A DNA stretch of 64,000 bases from contig CALAST010000079.1 of NCBI GenBank assembly GCA_937889225.1, positions 30,542 to 94,541 on the forward strand, read 5' to 3'. The notes beneath the pieces were generated by a model. The model saw only the letters and a list, made by a program, of their open reading frames with translations. It ran no database searches and was not told the DNA's origin. The DNA is from an uncultured Lachnobacterium sp. (GTDB taxonomy: Bacteria; Bacillota; Clostridia; Lachnospirales; Lachnospiraceae). A program made the translations under genes and the position numbers. Of this stretch, positions 31,602-40,230 are shown in pieces (the first letter of the stretch is position 1; each line of letters begins with the position of its first letter).

Positions 31602-32423
31602 TTATTCAATTATCGATTTGTGAGGCAGCAATTTTTTTGCCTTTGAAATATCAATATTAACCCCAAATATTATTTTAATAATCCATGTAAAAAATAAGAT
31701 TACTGTTATAGGGATACAACAGGTGGTTATTATCAAAACGGCAATCGCATCTATAAATATACTGAGTGCATTTTTTGCATTTTCTGTTAATTCGGTTGCT
31801 TTCTCTCCTATGCCGGATAGAAAATCTAAAAATCCACTTGTATCTTCCTCTTCAGCAGACTTTTCTGCTTCTTCCGAAATTTCATCAATTGTTTCAAATG
31901 TTCTTGATATAGACTCATCAAAAGTAGCTTCTATCATATTTGTCACTTTCACGCTTATAGGAATGATGAAATATATAGCGATAGCAAAAATTGCTAATTT
32001 TGCCGCAAGTTTGATTGCAGTGATTTTGAAGTTTTCATGTTCGCAAAAAATATAGATACCAACCAATATACATGCAATTGGAATAAGCCAACTAAAAGAA
32101 AGGTATCCTAATGTAGTCAGCAAAAACTTCTCCAGATATAGGGTACATATAATAATAAACAATGGCGTGGTTAATTCCGAAAGCTGTTCTGCAATTGGAG
32201 TCGCTGCATCACCCGGAATTGCGGAAAGAGCTGTCGAAGCAAGTGTCACGGACGTTGTTAACCCCAATACCTGCATTTTCTTATTATCTAATTCTTCTAT
32301 TGTAGCAGCATGCACTTCGGGAGATGTTGCATATTTTGATACAACGGTAATGGACAGTACTGCTACGAGAATAAGTGCAGCTAATGCTACAAGTTTTTTT
32401 AAGAGTATTTTGTTTTCAAACAT
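31602..32423 (-). CDS. Hypothetical multi-pass membrane protein
   Basis: 273 aa with several hydrophobic helices; RBS GAGG; lies just outside the distal att site. Confidence 0.7.
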   Translation of the reverse strand: MFENKILLKKLVALAALILVAVLSITVVSKYATSPEVHAATIEELDNKKMQVLGLTTSVTLASTALSAIPGDAATPIAEQLSELTTPLFIIICTLYLEKFLLTTLGYLSFSWLIPIACILVGIYIFCEHENFKITAIKLAAKLAIFAIAIYFIIPISVKVTNMIEATFDESISRTFETIDEISEEAEKSAEEEDTSGFLDFLSGIGEKATELTENAKNALSIFIDAIAVLIITTCCIPITVILFFTWIIKIIFGVNIDISKAKKLLPHKSIIE

Positions 32424-32526
32424 AATGTTTTATCCTCGGTTGATTTTACAATTTTAAAACCTATTTTTGTGCAATGTTTCGTATTGCTCAATTATAGTTA
32501 AATATACATTTTTCTTGTTTTGATTT

Positions 32527-32544
32527 TTATTTGTGGTAAGGTTC
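32527..32544 (-). repeat. Distal att site (displaced rlmH 3' end)
   Basis: Minus strand GAACCTTACCACAAATAA = E-P-Y-H-K-stop, versus GAACCATACCATAAGTAA at 41166-41183. Confidence 0.88.
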
Positions 32545-32608
32545 TCCATAACATACGCATAGTAGGTTTTTGAGTTAAACCTCTATTTAATCTCCGCTTA
32601 TTCAAACT

Positions 32609-33130
32609 TTATTTTACAAAATTACCTTGTTCTTCAAGAGAGAAATTGTAAATTTTATGTACAATGTTAGGCATTTTACTACTTAACATAATACCGATAT
32701 TATAAATATCTTTGTCATAATCTATCTGTAATACTGCATTATTAAGATTTCTGTTTAATATATGACAATCCATCTTTGTAAACATTGTATAACTCAATAT
32801 TAAATCACAACCAAAACTTCTACCAAATGATGTAGCAATATGTAAATTTCTAAATTCTAAACTTGAATTATCATCTTTTAGATAAAATACAGGTATCTTG
32901 TATACATTTACTATTTCAGGAGTTTTACCAAATCCACTTAATACAAATTTTTCATCTAATAATATTGCATCAGGAAAAACAATTTTAAATAATCCCTCAC
33001 TACTACACCAAACAGGCATTGTTGCACCTGTATCAAATAAGCATAAAATTTTTCTATCATATTTCGTAATTGTGGTAAATAATGGCTTATCACGATTAGG
33101 CTTCAACTTTAATCTTAATACCTTCGACAT
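32609..33130 (-). CDS. Retropepsin-like (clan AA) aspartic protease
   Basis: CLFDTGAT catalytic motif, LSGFG flap-like segment, CDLILS matching the hydrophobic-Gly strand region. Confidence 0.7.
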   Translation of the reverse strand: MSKVLRLKLKPNRDKPLFTTITKYDRKILCLFDTGATMPVWCSSEGLFKIVFPDAILLDEKFVLSGFGKTPEIVNVYKIPVFYLKDDNSSLEFRNLHIATSFGRSFGCDLILSYTMFTKMDCHILNRNLNNAVLQIDYDKDIYNIGIMLSSKMPNIVHKIYNFSLEEQGNFVK

Positions 33131-33365
33131 TTATAATCCCCAAACTCCCTTCTTCCGTTGTTCTCTCATAGTCAATTTTCTTTCCCATTTCGTAACATTC
33201 AATAATAAATTTATCTACTTCATTATCATCACAGATTGCTATCAACTCACCTGCTTCAATAAATCTTCCACTATCCAATTTTGCATTTTCTACAACCACC
33301 CACTTATCAGGAAACATTTCTACCATTTGTTCCCATGTGTAATATTTGTTTTCCATTTTTTTCAT
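33096..33365 (-). CDS. Small hypothetical protein (DUF5678-like) paired with the protease
   Basis: YTWEQMVEMFPDKWVVV pattern; overlaps the protease gene; RBS AGGGGG. Confidence 0.55.
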   Translation of the reverse strand: MKKMENKYYTWEQMVEMFPDKWVVVENAKLDSGRFIEAGELIAICDDNEVDKFIIECYEMGKKIDYERTTEEGSLGIINVEGIKIKVEA

Positions 33366-33451
33366 ACAAATACCCCCTTGTTATTTTGTTTTGATATTCA
33401 GTAACGTGGTCAATAAATTGGTAAGCCTCTAACAGATTCCCTTCTTTTTCA

Positions 33452-33631
33452 CTAAAACAAATTCCTTTCAATTACTTGCTTTTGTTTTTTCTGAAGAAGG
33501 AAATCTCCTACCAATTCATAAAAATCCTTTTCTTCCTCTGTTTCAACTTCTAATACTAATTGTAAGGTATCTTCTGGTTGGAGTGTAGAAATCTCTTTAT
33601 ATATTTTACTAAATTTCTTTACATCACACAT
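33452..33631 (-). CDS. 59-aa hypothetical protein (not in ORF track)
   Basis: RBS GAGGTG; MCDVKKFSKIYKEISTLQPEDTLQLVLEVETEEEKDFYELVGDFLLQKKQKQVIERNLF*. Confidence 0.65.
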   Translation of the reverse strand: MCDVKKFSKIYKEISTLQPEDTLQLVLEVETEEEKDFYELVGDFLLQKKQKQVIERNLF

Positions 33632-33677
33632 AATGCACCTCTATATAAATTTTTTCAAGTATTACTAATTGTTTGCA

Positions 33678-35369
33678 TTATATCACAAATTCAAGCTCAA
33701 TGCTATCCATTCCTAAATAATCATCATTAAAAAGTGGGGGAACACCTGTTGAAAGTGTTCCCCCATTTTGCTCTTTTACAAATGCGACTAAGTCGCTTGT
33801 TAAGTGGATTTTAATGTTGTCTATTTCCTTACGATTATCTATCGTTATTTCGGAAATAATCATATGTAATAGTCTCTTTTTTAATTCTTTTGAAGTTTTT
33901 TCATTATGTAAAATCTTACCAAAATTCTGCATAAATTCATTTACTAATTCATACGGTATTTCTTTTCGGTGTTCTTGTGCAAGTAAAATTAATGCTTCTT
34001 CCTTATTTTGGCGTAACAGTTCTGTTTCTTCATCTAAAACTTTCTTACGATTTAAAAATTCTTCACTTGTAATAAGACTATCTTCATAAGCTTCAAATAT
34101 CTTTTTTCGTCTGTTCTCTAATAAAGTTAAATCTGTTTCTAATTTTTCTACTCCCTTTTTTGCCATTTTCATCTTTTGGATATTCTGTTCATTTACCTTT
34201 TTCACTACTCTTTTAATAATATTTTCATTGTTAAATAGTTTATCCAACTCCCTATAAACAACAGCATTTGCTTTTTCTACCCGAATAGCATTACTTGTAC
34301 ATACTCCAGTTCCTTTATTTTTCCAAGCACCACATGCATAATAAAAAATTCTCTTTTTTGTCCCATCTTTTAAATAATTTGTAGTACCTGACATAACCAT
34401 ACCTGCACCACATTTCGGACATTTTAAAATTCCTGTTAATGGATATTCTCCATCAAAAACTCTGTTTGGTTTTCCCTGCTTTTGTTCTATCATATACTGA
34501 ACCTTATAAAAAAGACTTTCATCTATGATTTTCTCATGTATTCCGTCACAAATAATAGGTGTAGGATTAATATTTCCTCTACGTTTTTCGCTCCAATCTC
34601 GTCTAACATTATATCTTACTTTCCCAATATAGACAGGATTAGTTAAGATACTTCTTAATTGTGCAACCGAAAAACAGTTATTTTTCTTAGATTTGTACCC
34701 TTGTTTATTTAAACTATTCACAATAGCTTTGTACCCTTTTCCATTCGCATATTCTTGAAACATAATTTTTACAACTTCTGCTTCTTTTTCATTAATAACT
34801 AACTTGGATTTTTTTCTTACTGCATTTTCATAGCCTTCCATTACTTGCCAATCATAGCCTAATGGACTTGCACCGCCACACCATTCTCCACTTCTTGCTT
34901 TTGCACACATACCCATTTTTACATTTTCAGCAATTGTATTTCTCTCAAATTCTCCAATCAAAGCCATCATTTGGAATTGCATTTTTCCTGCAGGTGTAGC
35001 CGTTTCAAAAGGTTCAGAATAAGAACGATAAGTTATTCCATTCTTTTCAAGAATTTCAATAATTCTAATTGCGTCACCAAGTTTTCTGCTTATGCGATTT
35101 ATTTTCCAACTTAATACCATGTTAAATTTCTTCTCATAAGCTTCTTCCAATAATTGTGTCATAGCAGGTCGGTGTTTAATGTCCTTTCCACTAATGCCAG
35201 CGTCACAAAATGTCTTGTAGACTTTGTATCCTTGTTTTTCACAATACTCAATCAATAGTCGCTCTTGTTCGCCAATACTGTAACCTTCTTCTGCTTGTTC
35301 TGTTGTACTAACTCGACAATAAATTGCAACAATAATTGTTTTTGTATTGTTTGTTTCATTGCTAAACAT
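33678..35369 (-). CDS. Large serine recombinase (Ccr-like integrase)
   Basis: AIYCRVST catalytic Ser, DAGISG, RISR, recombinase domain (ILTNPVYIG, GIHEKII), Zn ribbon CPKCG...YYAC...C and coiled coil. Confidence 0.95.
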   Translation of the reverse strand: MFSNETNNTKTIIVAIYCRVSTTEQAEEGYSIGEQERLLIEYCEKQGYKVYKTFCDAGISGKDIKHRPAMTQLLEEAYEKKFNMVLSWKINRISRKLGDAIRIIEILEKNGITYRSYSEPFETATPAGKMQFQMMALIGEFERNTIAENVKMGMCAKARSGEWCGGASPLGYDWQVMEGYENAVRKKSKLVINEKEAEVVKIMFQEYANGKGYKAIVNSLNKQGYKSKKNNCFSVAQLRSILTNPVYIGKVRYNVRRDWSEKRRGNINPTPIICDGIHEKIIDESLFYKVQYMIEQKQGKPNRVFDGEYPLTGILKCPKCGAGMVMSGTTNYLKDGTKKRIFYYACGAWKNKGTGVCTSNAIRVEKANAVVYRELDKLFNNENIIKRVVKKVNEQNIQKMKMAKKGVEKLETDLTLLENRRKKIFEAYEDSLITSEEFLNRKKVLDEETELLRQNKEEALILLAQEHRKEIPYELVNEFMQNFGKILHNEKTSKELKKRLLHMIISEITIDNRKEIDNIKIHLTSDLVAFVKEQNGGTLSTGVPPLFNDDYLGMDSIELEFVI

Positions 35370-35426
35370 AAAAGTAAACCTCCTTCTTATTATTTTAAAA
35401 ATAATATATATTTGTAATTCTCTTTG

Positions 35427-35446
35427 TTACATCTTTAAAGATGTAA
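35427..35446. promoter_or_regulatory. Perfect 20-bp palindrome upstream of the recombinase (possible operator)
   Basis: TTACATCTTT-AAAGATGTAA. Confidence 0.4.
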
Positions 35447-35534
35447 TAGTGGTTTTTGATAAATTCTCATTATTTTTTAAATAATCCAATATTATTTCTG
35501 CTAACAGTTCTACAAGAATATCTATGTTATTCAT
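35427..35534 (-). CDS. 35-aa micro-ORF upstream of the recombinase
   Basis: RBS GAGGT; MNNIDILVELLAEIILDYLKNNENLSKTTITSLKM*. Confidence 0.4.
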   Translation of the reverse strand: MNNIDILVELLAEIILDYLKNNENLSKTTITSLKM

Positions 35535-35539
35535 ACATT

Positions 35540-36274
35540 TTACCTCTCGTCTATTTCTAATAGTTCATCATTAAATTTAATACCATAGTAATAATCCACA
35601 CTATTTTTTCTTACTTCATATGGAATCCCTTTTCCTTGTAAACAATTCTTTAACTCTCTATGAAACTTTCGTGAGTCATAATATTCATTTATATTTAACT
35701 CATTTTCCGTTGCCCATTCTATAAAAGTAGAGTGTAATAAAGAACTCTTAATTTTACTATTAAAATCGGTTTCTTCTATACAATCGTTCAGATAAATTTC
35801 AACGGGTTTATTCACTAACATTAATCTATTTTTAAATTCCTCTATCGTTTGTGAATAGGAAAAAGACCAGTTATTCGCTTTTAATCGGGCTAAGCCTTGC
35901 ATAGCCCAATTAAAAATTCCTGATAATTCCTGTAACAATTCTTCTTCTAAATGGACGTTTTGGTATTTAACCCCTTTTTTTCTTTTTCCATTAGCAGGTA
36001 AAGGTAAATATACATTTGGAAATGGAATTGGAAGAACTCTTTGCCAAAAACCAAAACTGTCATCAGATACATTCAAATAATGGTTCGCAACAACAACCAA
36101 TTTCGTATGTAAAACAGTCGTGTAAGGTAGTTTATATTTTTCTTCAATCAATACTGCATCACGACCTGTCAAAGCCTTTAAAATACTTGTATTAAAAAGT
36201 TTGTGTTGACTACCTTCTGGTGTAATATTTACAACCTTTCCTATCAATGAAGAGAGTTGGAATCTCTGCTCCAA
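35540..36274 (-). pseudogene. 5'-truncated D5/P4-family primase-helicase (SF3 helicase C-terminal part)
   Basis: FQLSSLIGKVVNI.PE, LKALTGRD, EEKYK, KLVVVANH, DDSFGFWQRVLPIPF. No Walker A or primase domain; in-frame TAA a few codons upstream. Confidence 0.72.
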
Positions 36275-36496
36275 ATCTCCATTTCTTAGTATTTATTTTC
36301 ACTTGCAAGTGTTTTTTACAATACGAATTATGACACAAAATCTTAAAAATGTATAAAGGGACAATTTTTTTAATTTTTGTCCCCTATCTTAAAGCCTTAT
36401 TTTTCATACACTTTTACTTCCCTTTGAAATCAAGGGGAAGTCAGAACAAAACATTAGTTGAATTAAAATCACTAATATTTTTTCACGAGGTGTTTT

Positions 36497-37078
36497 ATGC
36501 AAAAATTTATGACTCGATACCAGATAGAAGTTGAAATTTTCAAAAATCTTTATGGTGGTAAACCATCAAATTTAGCTTATGACGAATATGAAAACACAAG
36601 AATGGACGATATTAAAAAAATGGTTAAACGCTACCAAGAATTATTTGAATTATTGTGGACAAATTCAATCATTAAGGGAAAAAATGGCTACCAAATAGAA
36701 TGGAGCATAGCACAACTGATGATTGCAGAGGGAACTTTTCGAGGAAGTCTAAAGAGTACTCAAAAATCAAATAATCAGAGAACCCGATTTATGAGGGAAC
36801 TATCCAACTGCGAATGGCACAAAGTGACTACTGATTCACTAAGTGCTTTTTTTATGCCCTTTTTAGAGGCTTTAGAGCCTATTCATCCAATTTATATTGC
36901 AGAGTTCAGACATAAGTTTCAGAATTTTTTAGAATTTTTCAGTCTTCTATCTCCTATTGGTATTAAAAAATCACAATTTGTACTTACAGATTTACTTACC
37001 TTTCTTGAGTGCCTACGCACTTACGGTGAGTTGCCTACGACGGACTATGAGTCAAAAATTAAGGGACTACTATTTTAG
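36497..37078 (+). CDS. Hypothetical protein (193 aa)
   Basis: RBS GAGGTG, open frame, hairpin at the stop; no recognisable motif. Confidence 0.6.
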   Translation: MQKFMTRYQIEVEIFKNLYGGKPSNLAYDEYENTRMDDIKKMVKRYQELFELLWTNSIIKGKNGYQIEWSIAQLMIAEGTFRGSLKSTQKSNNQRTRFMRELSNCEWHKVTTDSLSAFFMPFLEALEPIHPIYIAEFRHKFQNFLEFFSLLSPIGIKKSQFVLTDLLTFLECLRTYGELPTTDYESKIKGLLF

Positions 37079-37188
37079 TAGTTCCCTTTCCTTATTTAGG
37101 GGGGATAAATAGTAAAAAAAAATTACATAAGTGTAAGAGAAAAATTTTTTTACATCATCTCCCCATAAAAAATTAATTTTCATTTACA

Positions 37189-37240
37189 AAAAGCAGATAC
37201 CAACGAGTGCCACAAGCAATCGTGGTATCTGTCTTTTTGT
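37189..37240. terminator. Bidirectional intrinsic terminator
   Basis: aaaaag-cagatacca...tggtatctg-tcttttt between convergent ORFs. Confidence 0.55.
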
Positions 37241-37256
37241 TCCTAAATTAATAGGA

Positions 37257-37391
37257 TTACTTCATCATTTTTTTACAAGTGTTAATTGCTTTTTCTAATT
37301 TTGCAGTACTGCTTCTTTTGCTAGTTTTAGCGATTTCATAAACTCCAACAACAGACGAAAAACCAAGTAAAAACAAAATTGCATTTGTCAT
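37257..37391 (-). CDS. 44-aa single-TM micro-protein
   Basis: RBS AGGGGGTG; MTNAILFLLGFSSVVGVYEIAKTSKRSSTAKLEKAINTCKKMMK*. Confidence 0.5.
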   Translation of the reverse strand: MTNAILFLLGFSSVVGVYEIAKTSKRSSTAKLEKAINTCKKMMK

Positions 37392-37406
37392 AAATACACC
37401 CCCTTT

Positions 37407-37487
37407 TTAAGCATAATCTCCAATCAATAGTTCCATAGCCGTAATAACGATAATACCTGTAATCATTCCACAACATACATATTTCAT
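37407..37487 (-). CDS. 26-aa hydrophobic micro-protein
   Basis: RBS AGGGGGTG; MKYVCCGMITGIIVITAMELLIGDYA*. Confidence 0.45.
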   Translation of the reverse strand: MKYVCCGMITGIIVITAMELLIGDYA

Positions 37488-37502
37488 CTTTTCACCCCCT
37501 TT

Positions 37503-37844
37503 CTAATTTGTACAATAAATAATTGTAACACCATACTCTGTTAATACATACAATTCCAAGTACCATTTAAGATTGCTCTGCTCATGCAATACGTCTGTAA
37601 ATTCCGCTAATTCTGTACTTAAATGATATTCTTTTAAAATTAAGTTGTAATCGGTTAAATAGTGGTTTTCTTCGGAAGATAGAAGTAAGAAAACGCAACC
37701 ACCATCATCTGTTTCACTTCGGTCAATTCCATAGTTTTCATCTAATATTTTTACAGTCTTTTCAATTTCTTCATACACTACTTGCGGAATTGCATACTGT
37801 TTCAGTTGTTTCAACTGTTTTGCTGTCCATATTTTTTTCATCAT
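37503..37844 (-). CDS. Hypothetical mobile-element protein
   Basis: ILDENYG..R...DDGG motif; RBS GAGG before MMKK. Confidence 0.6.
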   Translation of the reverse strand: MMKKIWTAKQLKQLKQYAIPQVVYEEIEKTVKILDENYGIDRSETDDGGCVFLLLSSEENHYLTDYNLILKEYHLSTELAEFTDVLHEQSNLKWYLELYVLTEYGVTIIYCTN

Positions 37845-38406
37845 TTGGATTTTCCTCACTTTCTTTGACTACATACTTTCTAAATTTCCATTCTCCCGAA
37901 AATCTTTGTCCTGCAAATAACGGATGAATGGTTTTCAATCGGGAATACTGTTCCTTTTTGTCAACGATTTCAAATACATTTCCTTTATAATCTTTCAATA
38001 CGGAATCCATAAATTTTTTCTCTGCGTTTACTTTTCTGTTATTTGTATAAGTGTTGCCATATCCTACAACAACCGCTTGAAACTCTCTCTGCAAAAGTTC
38101 TTGAATATACGTTCGGTTACTTTCATTTTCAATCATGTCACTTACTTTTAACTTAGTGCATATTACAGAAAAGAGATTGCATAATGTAATAGTGGTATAT
38201 CCCATAGGAAAAAGGTTGTTTATAATGTAATTTGTAGTTGTATCCAATACTTGTATATTGTCAGAAGCAGGATTTAAACCAATAATCAATATACTTTTCT
38301 TTTTCTTGGCTTCAATGGAAATGGTTAATTCATAACGATTATCCCCCTGTTTGTTAAATACCGCCATTTTATGTATGGTTTCATTTTTCGTAATAAAATC
38401 TTGCAT
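37771..38406 (-). CDS. DUF1643-like protein
   Basis: NRYEL...ILIIGLNPAS....LDTT...MGY....LCNLFS and later IHPL, matching the DUF1643 pattern. Confidence 0.72.
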   Translation of the reverse strand: MQDFITKNETIHKMAVFNKQGDNRYELTISIEAKKKKSILIIGLNPASDNIQVLDTTTNYIINNLFPMGYTTITLCNLFSVICTKLKVSDMIENESNRTYIQELLQREFQAVVVGYGNTYTNNRKVNAEKKFMDSVLKDYKGNVFEIVDKKEQYSRLKTIHPLFAGQRFSGEWKFRKYVVKESEENPNDEKNMDSKTVETTETVCNSASSV

Positions 38407-38429
38407 TATCTTAACTCCTTTTTTCAATT

Positions 38430-38465
38430 AAAAAAGCCAATATACAATTTCTGCATATTGGCTTT
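38430..38465 (-). terminator. Intrinsic terminator after the precursor peptide gene
   Basis: aaagccaatat-N11-atattggcttt stem followed by a U-run on the minus strand. Confidence 0.7.
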
Positions 38466-38507
38466 CTTGTTACTTATTTTATTTTTGCATGTACTTTTGT
38501 AAAGATA

Positions 38508-38681
38508 TTAGCTGTCATAATGAGGGTCACATCCACCTTCCTCATCACACTCAGGGTCACACACATTGTATGCATCAGGCAGACAATAGATTGGGTTACA
38601 TATTTCCTCTGGTGTACAGGTCGTTCTTTCGTAGATGAAACCACTTGTAGACATTTCATTTTCAATTTCTGTGATAAACAT
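38508..38681 (-). CDS. Putative RiPP precursor peptide with Cys-x-Pro repeats (57 aa; not in ORF track)
   Basis: RBS AGGAGG; MFITEIENEMSTSGFIYERTTCTPEEICNPIYCLPDAYNVCDPECDEEGGCDPHYDS*; directly downstream of the rSAM/SPASM gene. Confidence 0.85.
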   Translation of the reverse strand: MFITEIENEMSTSGFIYERTTCTPEEICNPIYCLPDAYNVCDPECDEEGGCDPHYDS

Positions 38682-38763
38682 AAGAATCCTCCTAATCTTA
38701 TTTTTATGTATTTTTTATATTTAGGTATAAACCTAAAATAACTTAATAAATGACGCTCAATAC

Positions 38764-39993
38764 TTATTCCCATTTTCCTTTATAAGGGTCATAACGGCAT
38801 ATATTTCCACGTTTTTCCAATGACTGGGATAGAGGTCGGCACTCATGGCATACATACCTAAATTCGCAGTCTTTACATACTTCTATGCAATCCTTAGATA
38901 AGCTCCAAAAATTTGGAAATAACTGGTTTTCCAATACTTCCTTTAAGGAATATTTTTTTAGGTTGTATATTTCTTCACAATTTTCCCACATTATACATGG
39001 AGAGATATAACCATCATAAGAAATATTTAGCTTTCCTTGCCAACAGGAATTTCCTGCAATTGCCCTCATTAGTTTTTCTTGCGTTATTCCCGAAAATTTC
39101 TTTTCAGAAGAAATAACATGAGCATTAGGTATATTAGTAGGCTTTAAATGTAATAGGTCATCTGTTACACACCTAACAATGTCACTTTTTGGATTATGAC
39201 CTGTAAGTTTGTTAATAAATTCTTTTGTTTCTTTTATATCATGCTGATTTGTACGCATTATAACGGTATTAGCTCTTACATCAATTTTTCTTTTTTTTAG
39301 ATTCTTTACATTTTCTACTGTCTTTTTATGACTTCCGATAACTTGTGTAATAGAATCATGTATTGTGTCTTTGTAAGAATAAATAGAAGTAACAACTTTT
39401 ACTTTATATTCAGCTAGTATATTTATGAGTTCATCATTTAATAAAGATAAATTACTATATAAAACTAATTGCGTATTTGGTAAATGCTCATAGGTAAATC
39501 GTATTAACTCTATAATCTCCCGATACATCAATGGCTCTCCACCTATTAATACAATCGTAGTAGGCTTATATTCTTGGAGTTGTATAACAATATTTTTCCA
39601 TTGTTCAATTGTTAAAATATTTTCTAAAACATCTGCGAAAGGTTCAGACTCATTGTAACAATGTAAACATTTCATATTACAAGCTTTCCTTAACTCAAAC
39701 CATACTGTTTTAACTTTATGGTTCAAATAAGCATTTGGTAATAATTGCGAATTTTCATATTCTTTTGTAAATTTAATCAGTTTTTTATCTACTAAAAATT
39801 TTATTAAATTTAATTTTTCTTCATCAGAAATGTACTCTGTATTTATTGCATAACCATTTAATAAAAAGCCTAAATATTCGGTCGCTTCCTTATCAAGATG
39901 GTATAGTTTTAATCTATTGCAGTCCATAATAAGACTGTTTTGTTTTCCTTTGCAAAAGTATACTTTAGAGCGAAGTTTTATATACCTATACAT
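38764..39993 (-). CDS. Radical SAM/SPASM peptide maturase with N-terminal RRE (PqqD-like) domain
   Basis: CNMKCLHC (CX3CX2C), GGEP, SPASM C...GYISPC and CKDCEFRYVCHEC...C; ~85-aa N-terminal strand-then-helix extension. Confidence 0.9.
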   Translation of the reverse strand: MYRYIKLRSKVYFCKGKQNSLIMDCNRLKLYHLDKEATEYLGFLLNGYAINTEYISDEEKLNLIKFLVDKKLIKFTKEYENSQLLPNAYLNHKVKTVWFELRKACNMKCLHCYNESEPFADVLENILTIEQWKNIVIQLQEYKPTTIVLIGGEPLMYREIIELIRFTYEHLPNTQLVLYSNLSLLNDELINILAEYKVKVVTSIYSYKDTIHDSITQVIGSHKKTVENVKNLKKRKIDVRANTVIMRTNQHDIKETKEFINKLTGHNPKSDIVRCVTDDLLHLKPTNIPNAHVISSEKKFSGITQEKLMRAIAGNSCWQGKLNISYDGYISPCIMWENCEEIYNLKKYSLKEVLENQLFPNFWSLSKDCIEVCKDCEFRYVCHECRPLSQSLEKRGNICRYDPYKGKWE

Positions 39994-40013
39994 AATCCTA
40001 TCCTTTATTATAT

Positions 40014-40229
40014 TTATTTTTTTCTTGCAGAGGCTTTAATTTGTGCATAACATTTCTTGCATACCCAACCATAAAAAGGGTCGCCCTGTCTTAAATAAGT
40101 TGCACATGATTTACATACAAATCGGTCACAACATACGCAAAGTTCTGCATCACTTCCCGAAACAATACGTCTGCAAGAAATACACTTTGTGTTAAAATTT
40201 TCATCTAATTGTGTGCTATTTGTTCCCAT
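40014..40229 (-). CDS. Small multi-Cys zinc finger protein
   Basis: CISC-x11-CVCC-x4-CKSC-x14-CKKC. Confidence 0.7.
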   Translation of the reverse strand: MGTNSTQLDENFNTKCISCRRIVSGSDAELCVCCDRFVCKSCATYLRQGDPFYGWVCKKCYAQIKASARKK

Positions 40230-40230
40230 T

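Noticed and set aside
31500..32526. A second att copy that would extend the island (tandem accretion) over the 273-aa membrane gene
   Set aside because: No further EPYHK-like repeat found by eye; only terminator-like hairpins near 31517-31555.
32898..33404. 168-aa plus-strand ORF
   Set aside because: Antisense to the protease and its partner gene; no motif.
38474..38773. 99-aa minus-strand ORF and 73-aa plus-strand ORF (38520-38741) in the ORF track
   Set aside because: Neither has an RBS or motif. Both overlap the better-supported 57-aa precursor in another frame, which has AGGAGG and a patterned Cys core.
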